Source: Octopus sinensis (Eukaryota). Taken from it: a DNA stretch of 64,000 bases. Within the stretch, counting starts at the first letter, position 1, and each line of letters opens with the position of its first letter. The notes beneath the pieces were generated by a model. It worked only from the letters and a program-made list of their open reading frames with translations. It was not told where the DNA came from and ran no database searches. The position numbers were made by a program, and so were the translations under genes. Positions 37,709-51,088 of this stretch are shown one piece after another. The stretch is from contig NC_042999.1 in assembly GCF_006345805.1 (NCBI RefSeq), forward strand, positions 163,184,001 through 163,248,000. The letters are read 5' to 3'.

Positions 37709-39224
37709 CACCCAGAACCATGCTAATAACTTTAGGAGTGAAATTTAGGATTCCTCGGTTTTCTGTGAATCGATTTTGATAAAACTTTTCCCAGCTGGTT
37801 TGCACACTATGGCAACACCTTTGTTACATTTTCATTGTTCTGTGTAATGTCCTTCCTTTTTTATATCAGATTCTTCAGTTTTTGGGTGAACCACACTAAT
37901 GGCTTTTAAATGAAAATAGCCGATCTAGACATTTTTTAATTTTTTCAGAAAATGTAGGGTAATATGTATCATTGAGTTCTATATTTAACAGAAAACCATG
38001 ATAATATTATAACATTTATTGGCATAATGAATTATTTAGCCACATGAGCACCATTTTGATGGATAACTTCAAAAACCCTATTAGATATGGAATCTGTCAA
38101 TTCTGTAATACTAGTAAGTTGGACTGCCTCTGCTGCAGCTTGGATGATCACCCATAAGACATCTTTCGGTGTAAATTGGTGTCCATTGGTATAAACATCT
38201 TGTTTAATGATAGACCAAAGATTTTTGATAGGGTTGAGGTCTTGAGAAGCTGGTGGCCACACCATCAACCTTTCACTTTGTATGCCATAAGACCCTAGTA
38301 ATGTTTGGGTGGTCCTTGCAGAGTGGGAGGGAGCATTATTGTGCATGAATATGATATTCCTTAGAAGTGACAGCAGTATGTCATCTAACCAGATTCAAGA
38401 CCTCCTTCAGGAGATTGCAGTAGGCGGCTGCAGCCACTTTAACCCTTTCAGACACCCTGACTGAGCCAACAAGTCTGTCCCCAATGATACCAGCCCACAA
38501 CATGACTCCTCCACCCTGTTGTTGACATTGTAAATGTTGGTGACACTCATCTCCAAAATAGACTCAAACATCAAGCCTATCAAGGGTTGCCCTGCTTTCT
38601 TCAGTGAACAGAACACAACTCATGTCTAACGTCATGTACTTTGGACCCATTGAAGTCCCAACTCCTGTGACTGGGTGTTAAGGAGGCAATTTCAGGGGTT
38701 CTCACATGGAAACCATTGTCCCGAGGATGCAATTTCTGGTGGTTTTCAGTACATGAGAAAGTCCAGAGGCTGTGAAAATGGCTTTTTCTTCTTTTTCCAG
38801 GTTTCCCACATAACTTGTGGCCAATATTCCTTTAAACCCTTACTGTCACAGTCTTGGAGGTACTACAATTGGATCGTTTCTTCCTTAGTGAAGGAATCAT
38901 CTGACTGTGTCCATATGACAACCTAACTTCTCTGCAATGACATGAAGAGAGGTGTCTTTAGGACCTATGTTGATGATGACAGACTTTTCTTCTTTGTTAA
39001 GGCCTTTTTCTATGTCTCACTGTTCTTACAGAGGAGAGACGCTATTAATGTGGTTCACCCAAAAACTGAAAAATCCGAAATAAAAAAGAAAGGATGTTAC
39101 ACAGAATAATGAAAACATAACAATAAGAGTGCAAACAAGCTGGGAAAAGTTTCATCAAAATTGATTGACAGAAAACAGAGAAATCCTAAATTTCACTCCT
39201 AAGCTATTAGCGTGGTTCTGAGTG
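37709..39224 (-). mobile_element. Tc1-like transposon with long (~190 bp) inverted repeats, degenerate
   Basis: TA|CACCCAGAACC... mirrored at ...GGTTCTGAGTG|TA. GGGVMLWAGI, HNNAPSH and WPPASQDLNPIKNLW on the minus strand. Confidence 0.85.
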
Positions 39225-39279
39225 TATACATATATATGTACATTCAGAAAGAAAAACACTTTTTTTTCTTTTATCTTGT

Positions 39280-39910
39280 TTTAGTCATTAGACTGTGGCC
39301 ATACTGGAGCACTGCTTTGGTAGAATTGTAGTTGGACTTATTGATCCCAGTACTTATTTTTTTGTAAAGTCTGGTATTTATTCTATCAGCTTCTCTTGCT
39401 GAACTGCTAAGTTACAGAGACATAAACATGCCAATACTGGTTGTCAAGCGGTGGTGGGTGACAAACGCATACACAAAGACAGACATATAAAGATATATAC
39501 ACGTATGTACAATGGGCTATTTTCAATTTCTGTCTACCAAATCCACTCACAAGGTTTGGTCAACTCTAGGCTATAGTTGAAGACACTTGCCCAAGGTGCC
39601 ATGCAGTGGGACTGAACCCGGACTCATGTAGTTGGGAAGCAAACTTCTTACCATACAGCCATCCCTGCACCTATAATATATATATAAATACAGAATACTA
39701 AAAAGAGAGTACAAAATTTTTAACTCAATAGCTGTTTCAGGGAGCTTGGAGCTAAATAATAACCATATAGGAGCAGGAGTGGTTGTGTAATAGGAAGCTT
39801 GCTTCCCAACCACATGGTTCCGGGTTCAGTCCCACTGCGTGGCATCTTGGGCAAATGTCTTCTACTATAGCCTCTGGATTTGGTAGATGGAAACTGAAAG
39901 AAGCCCGTCC

Positions 39911-39945
<35 letters not shown>

Positions 39946-40150
39946 TTGTGTGTCTGTGTTTGTCCCCCGCCATTGCATGACAACCGATTTTGGTGTGTTT
40001 ACATCCCCATAACTTAGTGGTTCGGCAAAAGTGATCAATAGAATAAGTACTAGGCTTATAAAGAATAAGTCCCGGGGTTGATTTGTTCGACGAAAAGGCT
40101 GTGCTCCAGTATGGCTGCAGTCAAATGACTGAAATAAGTAAAAGAATAAA
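39280..40150. mobile_element. Two family A SINEs head-to-head (39280-39670 minus, 39765-40150 plus)
   Basis: Similarity to the family A copies; about 95 nt between the heads. Confidence 0.75.
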
Positions 40151-40531
40151 AGGAATAATGTTCATAATTTGCCAATAGAATGTGAAAAAGTCTTGGGTAT
40201 GCAACCAGTAAACAGTCACACTTAGATATTAGAAAAGGTTTGAGTTTTATTTAACATACCACAACCAACACACATACTTGTCACTTTGGATAATAATGAA
40301 AGATTGACTGCAAGATAAGATCCTTCTGCTTGCTTCAGTCATCTTAGCTGAAAAATAGGTGCTATCCATTTTAATGGTTTAGTAGTTTAGTGCTATGAAA
40401 TTCTATCTATAAAACACCAATCCTAATTGCTACCAGTGTATGAAATTATTGAATAGTAACTAAGAAATAAATGCAAAAATAAAAAAATTTTTTAAATGCC
40501 ATTGTTAAATTTTGTAAAATCTATATTGCAG

Positions 40532-41496
40532 ATTCTAAAACATCTTGCAAGAGATCTCGATCAGAAGACAATATCTTAGATTCTTGCAATTGGTCTTCAA
40601 TGGATGATGATCCTACAATGACTGCTAAAGTCATTGGTCAAACTATGAGTGAAGCTGATCCATTTTACATCCCTGCTCGTTCAAACCCATTTACTATGTT
40701 AAACAAATTTTGTGATGGTAAGAAAGTTCTAGGAGTTCACAGAGACATGAATTTATCATTTGACCTGCCATCACCATCTTCACCGTTCACACCTCCCTGT
40801 ACACCAATAACTCCAGACTGTTATCCTCGCAACAAACGTCCATTAGCAAGACGCAAGTGTCAGTCATTGCCTGGATCTCCAGTGCTTCTTCGTCAGGCCG
40901 CAGAACGTTTTCATCAAGAGTCCATACATGGAAGCACATCTCAACAACGTAACATTGACTTTCCTTTAGACATTTTATCCAATCTGGGTGAGTTTTTTTG
41001 TAATACACATATGAATCGCTTTACTGCCAACAAAGATGTACAGGTCTCAGATCATTCTATAAAAGAGAACAATGCCAAATCTAATAATCCAACAGAAAGT
41101 CCACAGAGCAGGGTTGCATCGCGAAGAAAAGCTTTCCGGTCAAAGCAACACAGTGTTGAGAGTTCATTGCTTTTTACTAGTTTGTGTAATGAAAAAACTG
41201 CACCAGCAACTGTATCGCTCGATAGAGCAGATCATAAATCCTCACTTTATTCTCCTGACAGTTTTGAAGATATCAGTCCATTTCTTTCTCCAGAAGATTC
41301 CTTTGACACATGTATTTCTCCTTCAGACTCCTTTTCTAATTTGACTGAATCAAAGACAAGTGATACGTCACCTCTTTGCCGTCATGAGTATCTGTATAAT
41401 ACTAGCCAAAGTAGCACAGAATCAACAAGTTCTGTTATAACATTAAAAGAAAACACTTCCTACAGAGCCATGAATGTTACAACACCTGGTAAATAG
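40532..41496 (+). CDS. TESK: TESK terminal coding exon, Ser/Pro-rich tail (SKTSCKRSRSEDNI...NPF...RRKCQSLPGSP...VTTPGK*)
   Basis: Acceptor tatattgcag. The 2-nt overhang completes the phase-1 codon, then the frame is open to TAA at 41494-41496 (ORF 40600..41496). RRKCQSLPGSP resembles the TESK RRCRSLP motif. Confidence 0.88.
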
Positions 41497-41848
41497 CACC
41501 AAGGTCTATTTTCAGTTTTTGTTTCTGTTATTGTTGCCATTGTTAACAAAACACAAAGTTAGCAGGGGCTATTTTTCTTTTCCTTTATAAAATATATTTA
41601 AATTAATAACTGTTAAAATCTGAAGAAATATTTGAAATAATAATTATGGTTGAGATTACAATTATTGCCATCATTATTATTATTATTCTAAGAAGTCATT
41701 TTTTTACTTCATTATTTTACTACTTGTTATATTTTTTAAAAATCTCTTTTTTGGTTTAAAATATATTATGACGTTTCTTGTTATAAAATATCATGTTAAA
41801 AAAAATTATATATATATATATATATTGGTGAATTTTGGCCATGTCATG

Positions 41849-41966
41849 AATAAACTTCTCATTAGCTGTATAGATAGCGGCACTTAGATATTTTGATTAA
41901 ATTCTCTTTGGTCTTTTTACACTAATAACTTGAGGTATCTACTCAAAGTTTCAACAGAATAATAAA
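41849..41966 (+). promoter_or_regulatory. Candidate polyadenylation signals in the TESK 3' UTR
   Basis: AATAAA at 41849-41854 and 41961-41966 in AT-rich sequence after the stop. AT-richness makes chance hits likely. Confidence 0.35.
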
Positions 41967-42423
41967 CGAAATTCTATTGTTTTATTACCATAATACAAAT
42001 AGTATTCTGAATATAAAGCAGATAAATTTTTAAATTATTTTTTACCTTTTTATTTTATTTTGGATGTTTTGGAATATCAAACACTGTAATTGTATTATTT
42101 AAATTCTACAAAGTGATTTTATGTAGGAATTGCTTAGAATTACAATAAAGGCAGTTTATTGAATAATTAAGAACAATTTCTACTGTTTCTAAAATATTTT
42201 TTAATATCTTCTTTAAAATGTCAAATATTTATCAAATACTATGCCTTGTACATAGAGTACTTCATCTAATTTATACGTATACATATATATATATATAAAT
42301 ATATACATGCACACATAAATACACATACTCACAGACATGCACATAATGTGTATGCATATGTTTTATGTGTAGGTGTGACTGTCTGTGAGTATGTATGTAT
42401 AATTGTGTACATACATGTGTACG

Positions 42424-42476
<53 letters not shown>

Positions 42477-42910
42477 CTGTATCTCTGTGTATGTATGTTT
42501 GTTTCATCATCATTCAGTGTTTTAAATCCAGGTTTTGTCCCCGTTAACAAGGGTGGCTGGATCTACCTCAATGCCATAGCAACCCCCCTCACACCATCTC
42601 ACCTGGTTTGGGGCATCCTCCCTTCTCAAGCCAACCCTCCCAATCACCTTCTCCACCTGTCCCCTCCATATTTTCCTCAGCCTACCTTGCTTTTGCATTC
42701 CATTTATGCAATTTATTTTAATTTAAACTTCACAAATTAGGATTTCATTTCACATGTGTGCATACACATAATTATACATATGTTCATGTACATAAGCTAG
42801 TGTCTGCATCTGTATGTATATATATATATATACCTATATATGTACGCATGCACACTTACGAATGTGTATGCATATATATATATACACACATACACTTATA
42901 TATATATACA

Positions 42911-42957
<47 letters not shown>

Positions 42958-42967
42958 GTATATATAT

Positions 42968-42998
42968 CAGTAATGCAATACAAAGTATTGCCTTCCAG

Positions 42999-43029
<31 letters not shown>

Positions 43030-43194
43030 TAATGCAATACAAAGTATTGCCTTCAAGATATATATATATATATCAGTAATGCAATACAAAGTATTGCCTT
43101 CCAGATATATATATATATCAGTAATGCAATACAAAGTATTGCCTTCAAGATATATATATATATCAGTAATGCAATACAAAGTATTGCCTTCCAG
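42968..43194. repeat. Five copies of a 31-bp unit separated by (AT)n, with alternating variants
   Basis: CAGTAATGCAATACAAAGTATTGCCTTC(C/A)AG at 42968, 43027, 43074, 43119 and 43164. Confidence 0.92.
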
Positions 43195-43357
43195 TAAAAA
43201 GTATGTTTAGTTTTTGGATTTGGTTTGAAAGATTCTTTATATGAGTTGGTGTGTTGAAGCATATTCTGTTGTGTCTGGGGAGAATCATTCTCTTTTTGTA
43301 CCTTATGATTTAACACACTCTCCGGTAAAATTTCCACTCATTTACTTATTTATTTTT

Positions 43358-43394
43358 CTAAAATTTCTTTTGCATCTTGCAACCTTTTCAATAG
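43358..43394 (-). ncRNA. Degenerate U3:A8 hammerhead motif (family copy 2)
   Basis: Minus strand reads CTA-TTGAAAA-G-GTTGC aagat GCAAAA-GAAA-TTT-TAG. Confidence 0.45.
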
Positions 43395-45708
43395 TTGTTG
43401 ACTCTGTCCGTTATTCAAGCTGTGTTCTTTTTGTTTGTTTGTGCGCATACACATGTATGTATGCATGCATGTAAGTGTGTGTATGTATGTGAATATGTAT
43501 GTATTCAGCATATTCATGTGTTTGTGTGTTCGTATTTGTTTTTATGCATGTGCGTGTGTGTGTACCTCTGTCTCCTTGTGTGTGCATGTCTGAGTATTTC
43601 TGTGTGTGTATGGGATTTTGTGATTATGGGTGTGTCTCCATAAATACAGACACACCCACCCATACACATCAAAGACCCTGAGAACTTATCATGTGAAGGG
43701 AATTATTGAGCATGCAATAGGGGCTAGTGTAAGAACCACCTTGAAGTACCACATAGTAAAGTTTAACAAGCAACTATACATACAAGTTCAAGGTGCAGCC
43801 TTTGGTGTTGGTGTAGCTGGAGAATGTGACCGGCCTTTTCATGACTTAGTGGTACAGAAAACTTTAGTAATCCTTAGCAGAACAGTCCACAACTCTTCTA
43901 CTTTACAGTAGCATCATAGTCAAGACCAACTTTGGTAACAGTAACGTAGAAACTGAGAGGAACATAATGGAGAGCATCCAGCAAGTAGCTAACTCCATCC
44001 ACCAAAATATTGAGGTAACTATAGACTACCCCACTAAGCACCCCAACAGTAGACTCCCTGTCCTTGATACTGAACTTTGGTTAGAGACTGTGAACAGCAG
44101 AGTGCAGCTCCTCCACTCCTATTACCTAAAACCCATAGCTTCAAAATATGTTGTTCACAAGAACTCAGCTTTGTCACACAACATGAAAATTAACATACTG
44201 ATAGCAGACTTAGTTAGGATAATGTCCCCACTATGCAAACCCTATGAAATGAAGAAACATATACTGATCTTCATGCAATTCTCTGGATATTATCAGAAAG
44301 ATAGGGTTTGAGTATACAGGGGTGCTAGAAAGAAATTAGATAACATTATATGTAATGATACCAGTGGTACCTTCCCTTGATATAGAAGCAAAGACTGAAA
44401 GCTTGTGACAAAGCAAACAGGGTGAACACGTGGTATAAAACTGACAAATATTAAGGAGTGATGTTTTTAGAGGCCCAGCCCTTGGAGAACTAGCCCATAG
44501 ATTTAGGAAAGCTCTGAAGGAGACCACACTCAACATTAAGATTGTTGAAAAGCCAGAGAACTCCATCAGATCACAACTATGTAGGACATACCCCTTTGAG
44601 AATATCATATGCACCAATGATAACTGCATGGTATGTAGGATTAGCCCTGGCATTAACTGTAGAACTCAAAATGTAGTTTACAGCATAAGATGCATAGAAG
44701 GTGCTTGTAAAGAAATGAACATGATGTACATAGGGGAGACATCTAGGAGCATTGTGGAACAACTAAACGAACATCTGAGACAATATGACGACAGAAAACA
44801 GTCCTCCATATTCTACCAACATACCAAGGACCAACATGAAGGCAACCTGGGTCAACTTGACATCTGCATTTTATCCAAGCACCCAAAGGACCCAACACTC
44901 AAAGAAATACGGGAGTATGTCCTCATAAATGAAACATCCCCAGTATTAAATAGGAAATACACATAGTAGATTATCATACCCCCATACCCACAGTTTATAT
45001 TTATATACAGGTAGAATAGTTAGTGGGTTGTTATGTAGATAGATGTATGTATGTGTGTGTGTATATATGTATGCACATCTATGTAAGCAAATGAATATGA
45101 AAGTAAAAAGATAGACATACAGACAGATAGGTAAATAGGTAATATGAACAGACAAGCATACATACACACACACATGCAAATGAAGACTGAAATACATGAC
45201 CATATACACACACACTTCACTTCACACAAGGACACATATGGAGACACATGTCTATACATACAAACAGTACGTACACACATACTCAGACGTACACACACAA
45301 ACACGAACATGCAGAATACATACATACAAACGTACACACACATACATATATACATACATTTATTAAGGTGGCGAGCTGGCAGACTCGTTAGCACGCCGGG
45401 CGAAATGCGTAGCCGTATTTCGTCTGCCGTTATGTTCTGAGTTCAAATTCCGCCGAGGTCGACTTTGCCTTTCATCCTTTCGGGGTCAATAAATTAAGTA
45501 CCAGTTACGCACTGGGGTCGATGTAATCGACATAATCCGTTTGTCCCCTCTGTGTTTAGCCCCTTGTGGGCAGTAGTGAAATACATACATATATACATAC
45601 GCACACACATGCATACATATATACATACATGTCTATGTGCACACACACTGACCTACACACATGCGCACAAATAAACAGAAGGAACGCAGCTTGAATAACG
45701 GTTGACAA

Positions 45709-45745
45709 CTATTGAAAAGGTTGCAAGACACAAAGAAAATTCTAC
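45709..45745 (+). ncRNA. Degenerate U3:A8 hammerhead motif (family copy 3)
   Basis: CTA-TTGAAAA-G-GTTGC aagac ACAAA-GAAA-ATTC-TAC. Confidence 0.45.
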
Positions 45746-45832
45746 AAAAATAGATGAGTGGAAATTTTAGTGGTGAGAAGGTTAAATGATAAGACACTAA
45801 AAGAGAATGACTATCCCCAGACACAACTGTAT

Positions 45833-47210
45833 ACTCCTTTACTCCTTTACTTGTTTCAGTCATTTGACTGCGGCCATGCTGGAGCACTGCCTTTTAGTCA
45901 AGCAACTCGACCCCGGGACTTATTCTTTTTATAAGCCCAGTACTTATTCTATCGGTCTCAATTTTGCCAAACCGCTAAGTGACGGGGACGTAAACACCAG
46001 CATCGGTTATCAAGCAATGCTAGGGGAACAAACACAGACACACAAATACACACACATACATATATATGTATATACATATATACGACAGGCTTCTTTCAGT
46101 TTCCGTCTACCAAATCTACTCACAAGGCATTGGTCGGCCCGGGGCTATAGCAGAAAACACTTGCCCAAGATGCCACGCAGTGGGACTGAACCCAGAACCA
46201 TGTGGTTGGTTAGCAAGCTACTTACCACACAGTCACTCCTGCGCCTATATGAGTATATATATATATACATACACACACACACACATAGAATATATACATG
46301 TGTGTGTGTGTGTGTGTGTATATATATGTGTATGTATGTATATATATTATATATAAAGGCACAAGAGTGGTTGTGTGATAAGTAGCTTGCTTACCAACCA
46401 CATCTTGAGCAAGTGTTTTCTGCTATAGCCTCAGCCAACCAAAGTCTTGTGACTGGATTTGGTAGATGGATACTGAAAGAAATCTGTTGTGTGTATATAT
46501 ATATATATATATGGCATTAGGAAGGGCATCCAGCTGTAGAAACACTGCCAAATCAGACTGGAGCCTGGTGCAGCCTCCCGGCTTTCCAGACCCCGATTGA
46601 ACCATCCAACCCATGCTAGCATGGAAAATGGACGTTAAACAATGATGATGATGATGATGTGATATATATATATGTATGTATGTATATATATATGTGTGTT
46701 TGTGTGTCTGTGTTTGTCCCTGTAACTTAGCAGTTTGGCAAAAGAAACCAGTAGAATAAGTACTAGGCTTACAAAGAATAAGTTCTGGGGTCGATTTGTT
46801 CGAATAAAGATGGTGCTTCAGCATGGCCACAGTCAAAGGATTGAAACGAGTATATGTGTGTGTCCATGTATATATGTGTGTACATATATTACATATGTAT
46901 ATATATATTCTTTTATTCTTTCAGTCATTTGACTGCAGCCATGCCAAAGCACTGCCTTTCGTCGAGCAAATCGACCCCAGGATTTATTGTATGTAAGCCT
47001 AGTACTTATTCTATCAGTTCTTTTGAGAAACCGCTAAGTTACATATATATACGATGGGCTTCTTTCAGTTTCCATCTACCAAATCCACTCAAAAGGCTTT
47101 GGTCCTAAGGCTATTGTAAAAGACACTTGCCCAAGTTGCCACGGAGTGGGAATGAACCCGGAACCATGTAGTTAGTAAGGAAGCTACTTATCACACAGCC
47201 ACTCCTGCGT
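45833..47210. mobile_element. Cluster of family A SINEs in alternating orientation (45833-46247 minus, 46356-46860 plus with an RTE-tail insert, 46905-47210 minus)
   Basis: Similarity to the family A copies. Confidence 0.7.
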
Positions 47211-47222
47211 ATTATATAAGTA

Positions 47223-47258
<36 letters not shown>

Positions 47259-47500
47259 ATATATATATATATATATTTTTATATAGTTGAAATTTATAGA
47301 AAAACAAAAGACAAAGACAGGTATATGAACAACAAGCAGGTGTGTTAGTTTGATGCTTGGGAAAATGCAAAAGTCTTTATATACATATAAAGGTGCTCCA
47401 GCAGGGCTGCAGTGAAATGACTGAAACAAATAAAAAAACATATATATTACATATATATGTATATATATACAAATAAATTGAATTTTTTATTTATACATAC

Positions 47501-47529
<29 letters not shown>

Positions 47530-47543
<14 letters not shown>

Positions 47544-49522
47544 AGTCATTCAGTGTCACTACTAGATAGTAAACGTGCCGCTTTGTTGGTTTTCAGAGGC
47601 TCAAAATCACTCTCATCACTGGAAATATTTAATGGCAATATATCTCCACATGTATCTTGAATAAAATTAACATGTTGTGTTTCTTTTGTTTCACTGGTTT
47701 TGAATACAAATTTGGTTATCAGACACTGTGATTTTGTTTTTGTTAGTTCTTCATATGATTCTTCATAACATGCTATAATCATTTTCAAATCACATCGGAG
47801 TTGCACAGCTCATTCACCATAGTTATCATTTGTAAGAAAACGGTTTCCAAGTTTATTGGCTATTTGGAAGCCTTCCCGAATTGTACTTCCTGTTTATAGT
47901 AGTGATGATGAAGAAGTGGTTCCACTAACCTGAAATCACATACATTCTCTGAAATACTCTCTATAATTTGTTCTTCATTAGGAGCTTCGTCAGTTGTTAA
48001 TTCTGCAATATCTTCACTTGTTAATTCTTCAAAACCTTCTCTGCCAATCTGATGTGACAAAGTGATGATATCAGAATGTAATTCATTCATATTTATGCTA
48101 GGTATGAGATGTTTAGGCTTTACACATTCTGGCCAAATTGATCTCCAGCATGCATTTAGGGTGGATGGCTTTAATTTGGATAAAGCTAGGGCAGCATATT
48201 TAACACCATTAATTGTAGTAATTTTTTTCCATGCTTGAATGATTGAAAGTGTACCATCTTTTCATCTATAATATACTCAAATGTTCACTGGATATAATAT
48301 GATTTGAATGTTGAAATTATACCCTGATCAAGTGGTTGAATCAGCGATGTATTAGGTGGCAAGAATATGACTTTTACATTCAGGTGTTCCAAATCCAGAT
48401 GACTGGCTACATTGTCTATAAGTAAAAGGACGTTAAACTCAAGACCTTTATCTTCCATATATCTTCTTACTTCAGGAACGAAGTAGTTGTTAAACCATTC
48501 AGTAAATATTTCTGCTGTCATCCATGATTTTTTATTGGCTCTCCAATGAATTGGTAATTTACTTAGGTCTACACCTTTCATTGCATGCAGACGAACTGAT
48601 TGATAAATTAATAAGTTTTAACAAACAATCTCCTGAAGCGTTGCTACATAACAAGAAAGTTCCATGGTCTTTAGCTACCTTAAAACCACTGGCACTTTTC
48701 TCTGATTTTGCTATGTATGTTCTGTTTGGCATTTTTTTTTTCCCAAAAAGACCAGTTTCATCTGCATTGAAAACTTGGTCTGAAATGTAACCACCTTCTT
48801 CAATTATTTTGGCTAGTTTTGGAAGAAATTCTTCAGCAACAGTCTTATATGCCAGTGAAATTTCACCTCACATTTTTATATTATGCAGTGCGTGTCTTTC
48901 AAGGAATTTTGTAAGCCATCCCGTACTTGCAGGAAATTCATTCTTCTTTTTATCACTAGACAGATGTAACACACTTGATGATTCCAGATCATTAATCTTC
49001 TTGTAAAATTGTAATGCCATCTGTTTTATGGTTTTACCATCTACTGTTATCCTTTTTGTGATTGTTTTCTTCTATCAATATTATTAAAGCTTTCTCCATT
49101 TTTTTCTTGAATCATGTCTCTTATATATGACAACTTGGCAGATAATTTTGTTCCAGAAGCTATAGATCTTCTAATGGCAGCACCATTCCTTTTGATCGTT
49201 CTTATCGTAGCTTCATTCAGGCAGAAAGCCCTTCCCTAAGACACTGTACTTTTGCCCTTATGAAGACGATCCAAAATATTGATTTTGGTTTCCAAAGAAA
49301 TTGATGCTCTTTTATTTTTCTTAGATGTATCAACCGACATTTTGGGGTTATCACGATTGCAAATAAAAAAATATCGCAGAGGATGAAACACGCAACACTT
49401 CTTTTGTTTTAGACCAGATGCTAATGACTGCCACTGCACACCATCTCATGGAGCAGTTACACGTAGCCAGAGCTATGTAGAGTGCATAGGTCCTGCCCAC
49501 ACCGAAGAGTGGGGGATCACTA
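47530..49522 (-). mobile_element. pogo/Tigger-like transposon, degenerate
   Basis: CENP-B-like N-terminus (KRASISLETKINILDRL) and DDE_1 motifs (WRANKKSWMT, LLLIDN, FLPPNT.SLIQPLDQGII). Only one candidate TIR seen (about 49505-49522). Confidence 0.82.
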
Positions 49523-49820
49523 TATGGAAAAATTAGATTGGATTGTATTTTACTTCACTAAATTCTTACTTAATCATAATTATGTAGAGTTTTGGAGTTT
49601 TGTAAATTATAATTGATTGATGTTTACTTGCCACTTGCAATAGATTCCATGGTCACACAAGGACAGATGTTTAAACTGTTAAAGTAAAAAAATAGTGCAA
49701 AAAAATATCAGTTCTTTTTGTTAGACCATGTTATTTCTAAACCGTGCAAAAAGAGAATTGAGTGTATACATATATTACATACATATGTATGTATATATGC
49801 ATGCATTGCATATATATGTA

Positions 49821-51059
49821 TTAGGTCATCAAGTATGAAATTTGTAGAAAAGAAAAAAGGTTGCTAATATTTTATAAATACAAGGAATAGTTTTATTCAT
49901 CAAAGTATGCATCCATATTGTCAATATACTTTTGCCATTTCAGTGGTAGCTTGTCCAGCTCAGAACTATAAAAGCCTGGCAATCTAGAGTCAATAAAATC
50001 TTGGAAGGCCTGTTTTACAGCATCATTGGAATTAAATTTTTTTTCCTATCAAAACCTTATCCAAATTCTGGAAGAGGTGGTAGTCAGTGGGGGTAAGGTC
50101 AGGTGAGTAGGGTGGATGATGGAGAACTGCCAATTCCAACCCCTGTAGTTTCACCAATGTCATTTTTGCAATGTGTGGTCTGGCATTGTCTTGCAATAAA
50201 ATAGAAGTGGATCTGTTGTCTAACCTAGGCTGTGCTTTTGTAAGTTTCTGCATCATTTGGTCCAGTTGGCTGCAGTAGACTTCAACCATGATTGATGAGC
50301 CATGTTTAATGAGATCATAATGGATCACATCTGCACCAGATCACCAAACACATACCATCAGCTTCTTTTGATGAATTTTGCTTTTTGGACTGTGTTTTGG
50401 TGGCTTGTCTTTGTCCAGCCATTGTGCTGAACATTTACTGTTGTTGTATTGGATCCATTTCTCATCACATGTTACAATTTGATTAAAAAATGATTCATTT
50501 TTGTGACAAGAAAGTAGCATAATGCAGGCTTCCAAACATTGCTGCTTCTGATTTTCATTGAGTTCAGGTGGAACTCACTTATCCAACTTTTTCACTTAAC
50601 CGATTTGAACTAGGTGAGTCAATATTGTTTGCTTGCTAACACCAAACAACAACGGTAACTCACGGACACTTTGAGATGGATTTGACTTGATGGTGGCTTT
50701 CAGTTCATCATTATCCACATTTGTTTCTTGTTGGCTGAATTGCTCATTTGTGAGGTCAAAATTACCAGAACAAAATTTTGTAAACCAATTTGATACTGTC
50801 TGCTGTGTAATAACAATAGAATGAAATAACCCATTAATATTCTGAGCTATCTGTGATGTTGTATTTCCAAGAAAGCAGTCATATTTCAAAAGTGTACGAA
50901 TTTCCCAAAAACTATTTATAAATACTTTATAAAGCGCAAAATGAGTCAAAGAAATAGATGTGTCAGCTTTCTAACAAAAAATATTGTCAAAATATAATAA
51001 TGGCGCAAAATGAGAAGCTGTCAAAGTTTACCTTACAAATTTCATACTTGACAACCTAA
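49821..51059 (-). mobile_element. Near full-length mariner (D,D34D) transposon, frameshifted
   Basis: TA|TTAGGTCATCAAGTATGAAATTTGTA with a 24/26 matching right TIR and TA. TCDEKW, QDNARPH and HPPYSPDLTPTDYHLF. Confidence 0.9.
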
Positions 51060-51088
51060 TATATATGTATATATATATTATGTATAAA

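Larger units (their letters stand above)
43195..45800 (+). mobile_element. PLE with inverted 5' terminal repeat, decayed RT, GIY-YIG and 3' repeat (interrupted by a family E SINE at 45367-45583)
   Basis: RT pieces (HIVKFNKQLYIQVQGAAFG; LPVLDTELW...YYLKPIAS) and endonuclease NVVYSIRC...YIGETSRS. 43195-43640 is inverted relative to the 3' repeat. Confidence 0.8.

Noticed and set aside
42968-43194. CRISPR-like array of palindromic repeats
   Set aside because: The spacers are only (AT)n, the context is eukaryotic, and there are no cas genes.
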